A stretch of DNA of 25,689 nucleotides from Candidatus Electronema aureum (GCA_004284765.1 NQJD01000035.1:1-25689), one strand, 5' to 3'. Positions 15,974-23,901 are shown, counted from the first letter of the stretch. Notes: a model not told the origin generated them from the sequence alone. Numbers and translations: made by a program.

Positions 15974-18055
15974 CTACTTCCCCTTCTGCGTGGCAAGGAC
16001 TATCTTGAACAGCTCACTAATGTTGATATCAACGAATGGCGGCATGGCTTTGATCTCAACAACACTGTTCAGCATTTCCACAAAGGACTTCTTCTCTTCC
16101 GGCTTCAGCTCCACCTGCCCCAGCAGCTCCTTCACACTATACGCCCTCTTTGCTCCATCAGGACGAATGCGCTCGATGCCATCCTGCACACTGTCGAGCA
16201 GGGTCTGATAATCAGCGGTAACATCCTTGTCATCCGGCATCGGGATCCTCTCGCTGACGGCCAGCTTCTCAAAGCTGCTATTGATCTCCCGCAGCGAAAA
16301 CCAAAGGAAGCTGAGGTACTCCTTGCGGCGCGGGCCGTTCACCCAGAGATAAATGCGCCGCGCCTCGGTGTCCGCCTTGATCACCGCCTCGCTGCCGCTG
16401 GCTTGGTCGCGCAGCACCGCGCCGGTTCGCCAGCAGAGATCAGGCTTGATCTGCCCATGCCGCTTGACCAAGAAGCGGGGCATGACCGACGGCGGCAGAA
16501 AGCTGTGATAATGCAGCACGAAGCCCAGCGAGCCGCTGTAGTCAAAGGTGAAGGGCGGCTCCGGCACAGGCAGGAGCTGCGGGATAAGCACCGCCTCCTC
16601 GCCGACACGCCAGCAGAGCTGAAACTTCCTCATCAGCTCAATCACATACGCATGGGTGCAGGCCGGGTAGGAGTACGGCTCCTCGCGGCCCTGCGGCAGG
16701 ATGGCGCAGAGGCTGTCCAAGCGCAGGCGGCCCTTGCTGTCGGCTGTCTGCTCGGCGTTGATCAGCTTATAAACCGCATTCGTGACCCAGACCGGATCGA
16801 GCACGTGGGTGGCGTTGAGGATGTAGTCCTTGAAATGCACAGCCACACCGAGATCATGGAGGAAATCCACCAGCGTGCTGCGGTTCTCCTCACCGGCCAG
16901 ACCCGCATCCGCGCACAGGTCGCCGTACTCCTCGCGGCTGATGTAGGGCTTGCCCATCTGCTCGATGCGCTGCTTGACCGCAAACCAGCTCTGCGGCCAG
17001 CGGATGCCGATCATCGGCACCTGCGCCAGCTCCTTCAGCAGCGCGTCCCGGAAGCGGCCTATGCCGTGGCCGTCCGCGCAGGAGGTGCGGCAGATGCCCT
17101 TGATGACCGGGTATTTGCCCAGCAGGAACGGACGGTTGAGGTCAAAGGAAGGGTTCGCGTCGTGCTTGTTGAGGACAATCAGCACCGGTGAATCCCCGCC
17201 AAAGCTCTCGATGTGCCGCAGCCAGTATTCCGCCCGCTCGTCTTTGCGCCCGTCCAGCACGAGGACGTACAGGCTGCGCTTGGACAGGAAGAACTGGTGC
17301 GTGGCGTGCATGATCTCCTGCCCGCCAAAGTCCCAGATATTCACCTTGATGGGCTGGCCGCCCGCCTCCACATCCCAGCCCCGGATGCTGATGCCGTGCG
17401 TGGTGTCTTCGTGCTGGTCAAATGCCTCGCCGAGAAGCTGCTTGACGAGCGATGTCTTGCCTGCCGCGCCGTCACCGACAAGGAGGACTTTTACCTCGTT
17501 GAGAGATGCCACGCCTGCTTTGAGGCTGGAGAAATACTGGCGTATTGCTTCAATGCCCTTCTCGGCGATCTCAAGCGGCGGGGAGGTGAGGGGGTTGTTG
17601 TCAAGGATAAGTTCTTCCAGCTTGGTGAGCTGGCAGATTTCTGGTGGCAGGGTAGTTAGCTGATTGCCCTCAAGCCAGAGTTCTTTGAGCTTGGTTAACT
17701 GAAAGAGTTCAGATGGAAGGGCACTTAGGCTAAGGCCGCCAAGTCCAAGCCCTGTCAAATTCCTTAGCTCAAATAGCTCCTGCGGAAGCACAGTTAGCTT
17801 GTTATAGCTGAGGTAAAGCTCGGTCAGGTTGGGTAGCTGGAAGAGTTCAGGCGGGAGGGTAGTCAGATTATTATAGCCAAGGTCAAGCCTAGTCAAGCTG
17901 GTGAGCTGGCAAATCTCACGCGGCAGGACAGTTATTCTTTTGTAACGCAGGTCAAGCCTTGTCACCCCGCTTGCCTTTGCCTCCTCTATCACCTCCAGCA
18001 GCTCTTCATTCGTCATCGCCTGCGCACCTGCGTTGTTTGTGGGGTGGTGTGGCAT
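15974..18055 (-). CDS. Roco-family protein: leucine-rich repeats + Roc (Ras-of-complex) GTPase + COR domain
   Basis: At least 6 LRRs (L..LP.E..QL..L..L.L..N.LT.LP). Roc motifs: G1 GDGAAGKTS (nt 17453-17476), G3 WDFGGQE, G4 LNKHD. COR-like region: YVIELMRKFQLC...LIPQLLP...FLPPSVMPRFLVK...RIYLWVNGP. An alternative start ATG at 18016 would give MTNEELL. Confidence 0.85.
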   Translation of the reverse strand: MPHHPTNNAGAQAMTNEELLEVIEEAKASGVTRLDLRYKRITVLPREICQLTSLTRLDLGYNNLTTLPPELFQLPNLTELYLSYNKLTVLPQELFELRNLTGLGLGGLSLSALPSELFQLTKLKELWLEGNQLTTLPPEICQLTKLEELILDNNPLTSPPLEIAEKGIEAIRQYFSSLKAGVASLNEVKVLLVGDGAAGKTSLVKQLLGEAFDQHEDTTHGISIRGWDVEAGGQPIKVNIWDFGGQEIMHATHQFFLSKRSLYVLVLDGRKDERAEYWLRHIESFGGDSPVLIVLNKHDANPSFDLNRPFLLGKYPVIKGICRTSCADGHGIGRFRDALLKELAQVPMIGIRWPQSWFAVKQRIEQMGKPYISREEYGDLCADAGLAGEENRSTLVDFLHDLGVAVHFKDYILNATHVLDPVWVTNAVYKLINAEQTADSKGRLRLDSLCAILPQGREEPYSYPACTHAYVIELMRKFQLCWRVGEEAVLIPQLLPVPEPPFTFDYSGSLGFVLHYHSFLPPSVMPRFLVKRHGQIKPDLCWRTGAVLRDQASGSEAVIKADTEARRIYLWVNGPRRKEYLSFLWFSLREINSSFEKLAVSERIPMPDDKDVTADYQTLLDSVQDGIERIRPDGAKRAYSVKELLGQVELKPEEKKSFVEMLNSVVEIKAMPPFVDINISELFKIVLATQKGK

Positions 18056-18061
18056 TCGGAG

Positions 18062-18183
18062 TCAGCATGGTCACTCGGCAAGTGTCAGCATGGTGGTAGC
18101 ACGGGTATCAGCATGGTGATGTACCAGCATGGTGGTAAGGAACGAGTCAGCATGGTGACTCCGCAAGAGGCACCATGCTTGGA
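18062..18183. repeat. Array of five direct TCAGCATGGTG decamer-core repeats plus one inverted copy, mostly phased at 23 bp
   Basis: Cores start at 18062, 18085, 18108, 18124 (CCAGCATGGTG) and 18147, with spacings of 23, 23, 16 and 23. The inverted copy CACCATGCTTGGA is at 18171-18183. Two units are embedded in GAGTCA..TGACTC-type dyads. Confidence 0.8.
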
Positions 18184-18190
18184 GTCCAAG

Positions 18191-18232
18191 GCCGCATGTA
18201 GGGGCACGACATGTCGTGCCCCTACATGCGGC
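18191..18232. repeat. Perfect 42-bp palindrome (REP-like hairpin / terminator candidate)
   Basis: gccgcatgtaggggcacgac-at-gtcgtgcccctacatgcggc: the arms are exact reverse complements with no loop other than the central AT. Confidence 0.85.
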
Positions 18233-18235
18233 AGC

Positions 18236-18253
18236 CTCAAGGGATCCCTTGAG
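18236..18253. repeat. Perfect 18-bp palindrome 12 nt downstream of the hicA stop
   Basis: ctcaaggga/tcccttgag. A near-identical copy lies upstream of hicB (18764-18782). Confidence 0.8.
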
Positions 18254-18264
18254 TCGCACAGCGT

Positions 18265-18489
18265 TCAAAGGAGGCGATGCAGCTCTTCCCTGCTGAGATC
18301 GCAATCCCTCAGTATTTGCGCGAGCAGCCCCTTGCCGATGCTCTCATTGCCATGCACCGGAACCACCGTGCAGCGGCCATCATCATGCCGCAGGAAATGG
18401 TGGCTGCCTTTGACCCGCACGACGACGAACCCGACGCGCTCCAAGGCCTTGATTAACCTGCCGCCTGTCAGGGAAGGGAAGATGCTCAT
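18265..18489 (-). CDS. hicA: Type II toxin-antitoxin system toxin, HicA family (mRNA interferase)
   Basis: G..LIKALE..GF...R.KGSHH.L.H.DGR...VP.H.N..I..GLL..IL....L is the HicA/YcfA signature. ATGA overlap with the upstream hicB. Confidence 0.85.
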   Translation of the reverse strand: MSIFPSLTGGRLIKALERVGFVVVRVKGSHHFLRHDDGRCTVVPVHGNESIGKGLLAQILRDCDLSREELHRLL

Positions 18490-18692
18490 GCCGCAACAGC
18501 CACCCGCTGCACGCCAATGAATTCATTGGCCGATGGAATCTCTACCTCCAAGCACAGCTCAATCGCCTCCTTGACCCGCTCCACAAGCTGGTCAAGTGAC
18601 TTCGCCTGCGTATGGCAGCCGCGCAGCCCAGGCACGGTGGCGACAAACCAACCTTCCTCGTCGCGCTCTATGATCACACTGAACTCTCTCAT
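18486..18692 (-). CDS. hicB: Type II toxin-antitoxin system antitoxin, HicB-like (short form, 68 aa)
   Basis: MREFSVIIERDEEGWFVATVPGLRGCHTQAKSLDQLVERVKEAIELCLE is a typical HicB/UPF0150 N-domain. The start is taken as ATG 18692. The track ORF extends upstream to 18863 and overlaps the dnaE end. Confidence 0.8.
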   Translation of the reverse strand: MREFSVIIERDEEGWFVATVPGLRGCHTQAKSLDQLVERVKEAIELCLEVEIPSANEFIGVQRVAVAA

Positions 18693-18763
18693 GCTCTTCT
18701 CACATGGTGTTGTGTTTTTTTGTGACGCAAGGGCGGCTCGCAAACCGCCCATGCCTAAATTAT

Positions 18764-18801
18764 CCTCAAGGGTACCCTTCAGGCATTCTGATGGGTACCC
18801 A
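18764..18801. promoter_or_regulatory. Candidate hicBA operator/promoter region: two palindromes with a GGGTACCC core
   Basis: AAGGGTACCCTT (18768-18779) and TGGGTACCCA (18792-18801) have centres 23 bp apart. On the minus strand GATAAT follows immediately. The region is 70-110 nt upstream of the hicB ATG. Confidence 0.4.
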
Positions 18802-18840
18802 CTACTATTTACAGACGCAAGCCAAGCGTTTTTCGCCTCA

Positions 18841-21800
18841 TCATCGCTGATAAGAACGGTCACCGCCCCCTTCGCTCTTTTTCCGCCGTGGCTCGGCCTT
18901 CTGCATCGGCATCTTCAGACTCTGCGGGCCAACACACTCCTGCACCCGCTGGCAGAACTCCGGGCAAGGCCTGACCTTCAAGTCAGGCCCCGGCTCGATG
19001 TCCGCCTCGCCGCGTCCGTCAAAGTGCAGGGTGATTTTGACCGGCAGCGTACCGTGGAACTGGTAGAACAGTTCCTTCAGCGCGGTGAGCTGGGAGCGGC
19101 TGGTGCGGGCTGCTTGGATTTTGATCACCGCTTGCGTGGCAAACTTCTCCATCGCCTCGTGCAGGGGCAGCACCTCGTCGGCGATGATGTTGGCACCGCG
19201 TTCGCTGACCTGCACCGAGCCTTGCACAATCAGCGGCTGCTCGCTGCCAAGCAGGTGTGAACACTTGGCAAAGGTCTCGGGGAAGACGACCACTTCGACG
19301 CTGGCCGTCATGTCCTCCAGCACGGTGAAGGCCATGCGGTCGCCCTTCTTTGAGCGGTGCTCCTTGAAGCGTTGAATCAGGCCGCCGACCCGCACGATCT
19401 GGCCGTCCTTCCAGCTCTCCATCGCCGCAAGGTCGGAGTCGGCCACCAGGCGGATGTGGTCTATCACGCCGTCGAGCGGATGGCCGGTGAGGAAGAAGCC
19501 GACCGTCTCCTTCTCATAGCCGAGCTTAACCAGCGGTGCCCACTCCTCCACGTCGGGCAGCTTGATCTCCGCTGCCACGCTTGCCCCGCTCTTGGCCGCG
19601 CCGCCGCCCATGCTGAAGAGGCTCATCTGGCCGCTCATCCGGTCGCGCTGCACAGTCTTGGCCTGCTCAATGGTCTTGTCCAAGACCTCCATCAGCTGCG
19701 CCCGCTTGGCCCGCATGGAGTCAAACGCCCCGGCCTTGATCAGGTTCTCCAGCACCTTGCGGTTGACCCGGCTCGAATCCACCCGCCCGCAGAAGTCGGC
19801 CAAGGATGTGTACGGCGCCTTGCGCCGCTCCTCGATGACCGAGTCCAAGGCCGCGCCGCCCACGCCCTTCACCGCTGCCAAGCCAAAGCGGATGCGGTCT
19901 TTGATAACCGTGAAGTCATGGTAGGACTCGTTGATGTCCGGGGGCAGCACCTCAATGCTCATCTGCCTGCATTCGTTGATGTACCTCACCACCTTGTCGG
20001 TGTTGTCCACGTCGCAGGAGAGCAGCGCGGCAAGGAACTGGGCAGGATAGTGGGCCTTGAGGTAGGCGGTGTGATAGGCAACGAGGGCGTAGGCGGCTGA
20101 ATGGGAGTTATGAACGATGAGGCCGTCCGCCACGAAGTTGTGGTCTTCCTCCACCGTGAGATCGTAAGTCTGCTGCTCGCCACGCGGCTCAATGGACACC
20201 ACGCTGTCCCAGAAGATGTCGGACTCAGCAAGCTGGGCAAGTCGGCTGGAGGTGAAGAACTCCGCCAGCCGGGCAAGTGTTGAGCGGCGGAAACCGCGTT
20301 TCCCGGCAGAGCCTTTGCCCATGAATTCCTTCATGCACAGGCTGGAGCGTTGCTCCAGCTCGCTCCACGTCAGACCTGCGCCCCTGCGCTCTTCGTCCAC
20401 CCACGTGCGCACCTCTACAGGAACGGTGTCTTTCGAGGTCAGGCCAGGCTGCTTCCCTTCAAGGTGATGGCGGAGCTGCTCGACCTGCCGCTCCCGCCCA
20501 AGCGCATGAGGGGCAACACGCCTGATGAAGGTCTCGGCAGTGCCTTCCCCGACCAGATGCACTGTGTAGCCCTGACGCATTTCCCCTCGGTAACGAAACT
20601 GCTTCTCGTGGACACCACTTGGGATGCCCAGCCGCAGAAGCAGCGTTTGCACGTCGTAGGCGAGCTGGAAGGACGAGGTGGCATAGAACGGCGTGAATTG
20701 GTCGTGATTGGCAATGAAGCCGTCGCCTGCCCAGAGCCTGCCGAGGAACAGTTCGATGTCCGCATCAGCCAGAAGGAAGACCTCTGGCGGGACAGCCTTC
20801 TCAACGGCCTTCTTGCCCAAGATGCCAAGCTGTTCAGCCCAGTGCCATGCGCCAGAGCGGACAGGCGGGGCAGCTTCCTCCTCTGCGCTCCGCTCTTTCT
20901 TGCCGAAGCGCATATCGCGGCCCGTGTTCACGCAGACCTCAAAGCGTCCGTCACTGCGCTGATACACCCGCGCTTTGCTCTCTGGGAATTGCGCTGCGGC
21001 CTCGGCGAAGTCCTGCACCAGCACGGCATCGTTGCCAAAGAAGTAGAGCGAGGAGGGGTGGCAGACATTGCCTTCCGCCAGCAGACCGGCAAGCGTAATC
21101 AGCTCGTGGCGCGGCCAGCATCTGCCTCCCTGCACAATCAACCGGCGGGGCGCGGCAATCCGGTCGCCGGGTTTAAGATCACCGAGCAGCGTCCAGCCGT
21201 GAAGGGTGCGGAAAGGATGGTTCGCGGTGGCCGTAATGCGATGCCCCTGCACTGTCCGCAGCTCAAAAACCGGCTTGATCCCGTTTTCAAAAACATCAAG
21301 CACCTGCCTCGGACGCAGCTTGCCATCTTCGCCAAGGGCGTGCACCATGAAGCGGCGCGGCTGCTGATGCAGCTCTTCGACTGTGAGCAGCTCACCTGTC
21401 TCTGCGTCAAGCAGCCGGGTGGCTCCCACGACGCACTTGTTGAAGCCATACCCCGCGAACTTCGCCATCAGGTCAAAAACATACGCGGCCCGTTCCTCCG
21501 GGATGCCGTTGACCTTGGCTCCGGCCATGAACTTGCCGCGCTCCTTCTCCATCTCCTCAGGTATCTTCTTACCCATAGCCCGGCGGAGGATGTCCGCGTC
21601 GCCGAGGCTGTAGGAGGCGAGGATGTTGGAGATTTTCATCACCTGCTCTTGATAGACGATGACCCCGTAGGTCTCCCGCAGCACCTCCTTGATCTGCGGC
21701 AAAGGGTACTCAGCAGGACGGCGGCCATGCTTAGTCTCAACAAACTGCTTCACCATGCCGGAGTCGAGCGGGCCGGGCCGATAGAGGGCGACAAGGGCGA

Positions 21801-23694
21801 TCAGGTCGGTGAACTGTTCTGGGGCCATATTGATCAGCAGCTCGCGCATCCCATCGCTTTCGAGCTGGAACACGCCCAAGCTGCTGCCCGCGCAGAGCAG
21901 GTCGTAGGTCTTCTGGTCGTCAGTCGGCAGCTTGTTGAGCTGCACCTCAAGGCCGATGTCCTGCTTGATCAGCTTGAGGGCGCGGTCAATGACGGTCAGG
22001 GTCTTCAATCCGAGGAAGTCGAACTTGATCAGTCCGGTCATCTCGGTGTATTTCATGTCATACTGAGTGAGGATCTCCTTGTCCGGGCCAATGCAGACGG
22101 GCAGATACTCCACCATCGGCTTCGGCGAGATCACCACCCCGGCGGCGTGCGTTGACTTGTGCCGGGCCAATCCTTCCAGCGTCTGCGCCACCTTGAGCAG
22201 CTTCTGAATGCTCTCCTCCCGCATCGCATCGCGCAGGCGTGGCTCTTGGTCAATCGCCTTCTTCAGGGTGATCTTCAGCTCTTCCGGCACCAGCTTGGCG
22301 ATTCTATCTACTTGCGGCAGAGGAATCTCCAGCACCCGGCCCACGTCGCGCAGCACGGCCCGCGCCTTCATCGAACCATAGGCGACAATCTGGGCCACGT
22401 GCGCATCGCCGCCGTAACGCTGGCGGACATAATCAATCACCTCGTCCCGCCGGTCTTTGCAGAAGTCCACGTCAAAGTCGGGCATGGACACCCGCTCGAC
22501 GTTGAGGAAGCGCTCGAAGAGCAGGCCGTAGGGGATGGGGTCAATGTCGGTGATAGCCATGCAGTAGGCGGCGAGACTCCCCGCTCCTGAACCACGACCT
22601 GGACCTACAGGGATGCCCTTGCTCTTGGCCCAATTGATAAAGTCAGCAACAATAAGGAAATAGCCCGCGAAGCCCATCTTCTGGATGACCTTGATCTCCA
22701 TCTCCAGCCGCTCGCGGTACTGCTGCTCCAGCTCCTGGCTGACCTCCTGCAATTCGCGCAGCAGAGCCAGCCGCTGCTCTAGCCCGTCGCGGCAGGCGTG
22801 CTCAAAGAGGCTTTCCAGCGACTCGCCCGCAGGCACCGGGAAGATGGGGAAGTGGTTCTCGCCGAACTTCAGCTTGAGGTCGCAGCGTTCCGCCACCTCC
22901 ATCGTGTTGCTCAGTGCTTCTGGGCACCAGCTGAACTGGCGGGCCATCACCTCCGGTGGCTTGAAATACAGCTCATCAGTGGAGAACTTGAAGCGGCCCG
23001 GATCGCTGATCACCTTGCTGGTCTGAATGCAGAGCAGCACCTCGTGGGCATACGCCTCGTCCTTGTTGAGGTAGTGGCAGTCGTTGGTGGCAACCAGCTT
23101 GATGCCGAGATCATTGCCTAATTCCTGCAAGCCGACATTGACCTTCGTCTGCTCCGGGATGCCGTTCTCCTGCACCTCGAAGTAAAGCCGGTTGCCGAAG
23201 AGCTGCTGCAATTCCAGAGCCTTCTGCCGGGCCGCGTCCATGCCGCTGTGACTGATCAGCCAAGGCACCTCGCCATGCAGGCAGGCGGAAAGGGCGATCA
23301 AGCCTTCGTGGTGGCTGGCGAGCAGCTTGCGGTCAATGCGCGGCTTGTAGTAGAAGCCCGCTGTCTGCGCCACCGAAGCCAGCTTCATCAGGTTGCGGTA
23401 GCCGTCCTCGTTCATCGCCAGCAGGACGAGGTGGAAGTTGTGGCCCGCGCTCTTGTCGTGAATGAGGTGGTCGGTCTCAGCAATGTACAGCTCGCAGCCG
23501 ATGATCGGCCTGATGCCAGCTTTCTTCGCCTTGGTGTAAAACTCCAGTGCGCCGTACATGGCCCCGTGGTCGGTGACAGCCACGGCGTTCATGCCATATT
23601 CTTTCGTCTTCTCGATCAGGTCGCCGATGCGGATGGCACCGTCGAGCATGGAATACTGCGTGTGGACGTGCAGGTGGGTGAAGGACTGAGACAT
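18841..23694 (-). CDS. dnaE: DNA polymerase III alpha subunit, interrupted in frame by an intein (1617 aa precursor, about 1174 aa after splicing)
   Basis: PHP domain: FTHLHVHTQYSMLDGA...VAVTDHG.MYG. Polymerase core: GPGRGSGAGSLAAY...PDFDVDF. Also FDFLGLKTLT, LYRPGP, and GYGFNK//SHSAAYALVAYHTAYLKAHYP split by the intein. OB-fold tail. Confidence 0.97.
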   Translation of the reverse strand: MSQSFTHLHVHTQYSMLDGAIRIGDLIEKTKEYGMNAVAVTDHGAMYGALEFYTKAKKAGIRPIIGCELYIAETDHLIHDKSAGHNFHLVLLAMNEDGYRNLMKLASVAQTAGFYYKPRIDRKLLASHHEGLIALSACLHGEVPWLISHSGMDAARQKALELQQLFGNRLYFEVQENGIPEQTKVNVGLQELGNDLGIKLVATNDCHYLNKDEAYAHEVLLCIQTSKVISDPGRFKFSTDELYFKPPEVMARQFSWCPEALSNTMEVAERCDLKLKFGENHFPIFPVPAGESLESLFEHACRDGLEQRLALLRELQEVSQELEQQYRERLEMEIKVIQKMGFAGYFLIVADFINWAKSKGIPVGPGRGSGAGSLAAYCMAITDIDPIPYGLLFERFLNVERVSMPDFDVDFCKDRRDEVIDYVRQRYGGDAHVAQIVAYGSMKARAVLRDVGRVLEIPLPQVDRIAKLVPEELKITLKKAIDQEPRLRDAMREESIQKLLKVAQTLEGLARHKSTHAAGVVISPKPMVEYLPVCIGPDKEILTQYDMKYTEMTGLIKFDFLGLKTLTVIDRALKLIKQDIGLEVQLNKLPTDDQKTYDLLCAGSSLGVFQLESDGMRELLINMAPEQFTDLIALVALYRPGPLDSGMVKQFVETKHGRRPAEYPLPQIKEVLRETYGVIVYQEQVMKISNILASYSLGDADILRRAMGKKIPEEMEKERGKFMAGAKVNGIPEERAAYVFDLMAKFAGYGFNKCVVGATRLLDAETGELLTVEELHQQPRRFMVHALGEDGKLRPRQVLDVFENGIKPVFELRTVQGHRITATANHPFRTLHGWTLLGDLKPGDRIAAPRRLIVQGGRCWPRHELITLAGLLAEGNVCHPSSLYFFGNDAVLVQDFAEAAAQFPESKARVYQRSDGRFEVCVNTGRDMRFGKKERSAEEEAAPPVRSGAWHWAEQLGILGKKAVEKAVPPEVFLLADADIELFLGRLWAGDGFIANHDQFTPFYATSSFQLAYDVQTLLLRLGIPSGVHEKQFRYRGEMRQGYTVHLVGEGTAETFIRRVAPHALGRERQVEQLRHHLEGKQPGLTSKDTVPVEVRTWVDEERRGAGLTWSELEQRSSLCMKEFMGKGSAGKRGFRRSTLARLAEFFTSSRLAQLAESDIFWDSVVSIEPRGEQQTYDLTVEEDHNFVADGLIVHNSHSAAYALVAYHTAYLKAHYPAQFLAALLSCDVDNTDKVVRYINECRQMSIEVLPPDINESYHDFTVIKDRIRFGLAAVKGVGGAALDSVIEERRKAPYTSLADFCGRVDSSRVNRKVLENLIKAGAFDSMRAKRAQLMEVLDKTIEQAKTVQRDRMSGQMSLFSMGGGAAKSGASVAAEIKLPDVEEWAPLVKLGYEKETVGFFLTGHPLDGVIDHIRLVADSDLAAMESWKDGQIVRVGGLIQRFKEHRSKKGDRMAFTVLEDMTASVEVVVFPETFAKCSHLLGSEQPLIVQGSVQVSERGANIIADEVLPLHEAMEKFATQAVIKIQAARTSRSQLTALKELFYQFHGTLPVKITLHFDGRGEADIEPGPDLKVRPCPEFCQRVQECVGPQSLKMPMQKAEPRRKKSEGGGDRSYQR
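20107..21435 (-). mobile_element. Class 1 intein (443 aa) with a LAGLIDADG homing-endonuclease domain, inside dnaE
   Basis: Starts with Cys (CVVGATRLLD) right after GYGFNK. Block B: TATANHPF. LAGLIDADG motifs: LAGLLAEGN and FLGRLWAGDGF. Blocks F/G: YDLTVEEDHNFVADGLIVHN, followed by the +1 Ser of SHSAAYA. Confidence 0.9.
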
Positions 23695-23789
23695 GAAAAA
23701 TTATGCGGGGATGAAGTAGAACTACAGGAAACTCTTAGGACATTTCTGCTATGAGCAGCAGAAAGGAAACATCTGGCGAATTCTGGCAA

Positions 23790-23816
23790 GCAAACGGAGG
23801 AGATTTCTCCGTTTGC
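23790..23816. terminator. Hairpin between the AT-rich block and the dnaE upstream region (weak terminator candidate)
   Basis: gcaaacggag / gagattt / ctccgtttgc: a 10-bp perfect stem. There is no strong U-tract on either strand. Confidence 0.3.
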
Positions 23817-23901
23817 TCTTCCTTACGCAAGGCAGTCACGACTGCGGCTTTGGCTTCCGCACCGGCTTTTTCCGCTCGCTTGCAATTGACATACAGATAA
23901 A

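Noticed and set aside
15962-17663. Plus-strand ORFs of 409 aa, 237 aa and 148 aa overlapping the Roco gene
   Set aside because: They are antisense shadows of a gene with clear LRR, Roc and COR motifs. They have low-complexity Arg/Ala/Leu composition and no RBS or motif support.
18062-18183. Possibility that the repeat array is a small CRISPR array
   Set aside because: The conserved cores are only about 11 nt with 5-12-nt variable segments. This is far below CRISPR repeat and spacer sizes, and no cas genes are in the window.
18044-18520. A 158-aa plus-strand ORF running through the decamer array, the palindromes and antisense hicA
   Set aside because: The 23-nt repeat period shifts frame between units, so the repeats are not protein repeats. 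The ORF also overlaps hicA on the opposite strand. It is best explained as non-coding regulatory or structural DNA.
20350-22155. A 601-aa ORF on the plus strand, with many other long plus-strand ORFs between 18517 and 23754
   Set aside because: They lie antisense to dnaE, whose product has unmistakable polymerase and intein motifs along its full length. The antisense translations are Arg/Ala/Leu/Gly-rich with no motifs, which is typical of shadow ORFs in GC-rich coding DNA.
15840-23700. Idea that the Roco-hicBA-dnaE block is a higher-GC foreign island relative to the left half
   Set aside because: Hand counts of sample lines show dnaE at about 63 percent GC. However, proB lines range from 52 to 82 percent and ctpA lines from 43 to 63 percent. 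Backbone composition is heterogeneous, and I cannot support a real shift without a proper sliding-window calculation.
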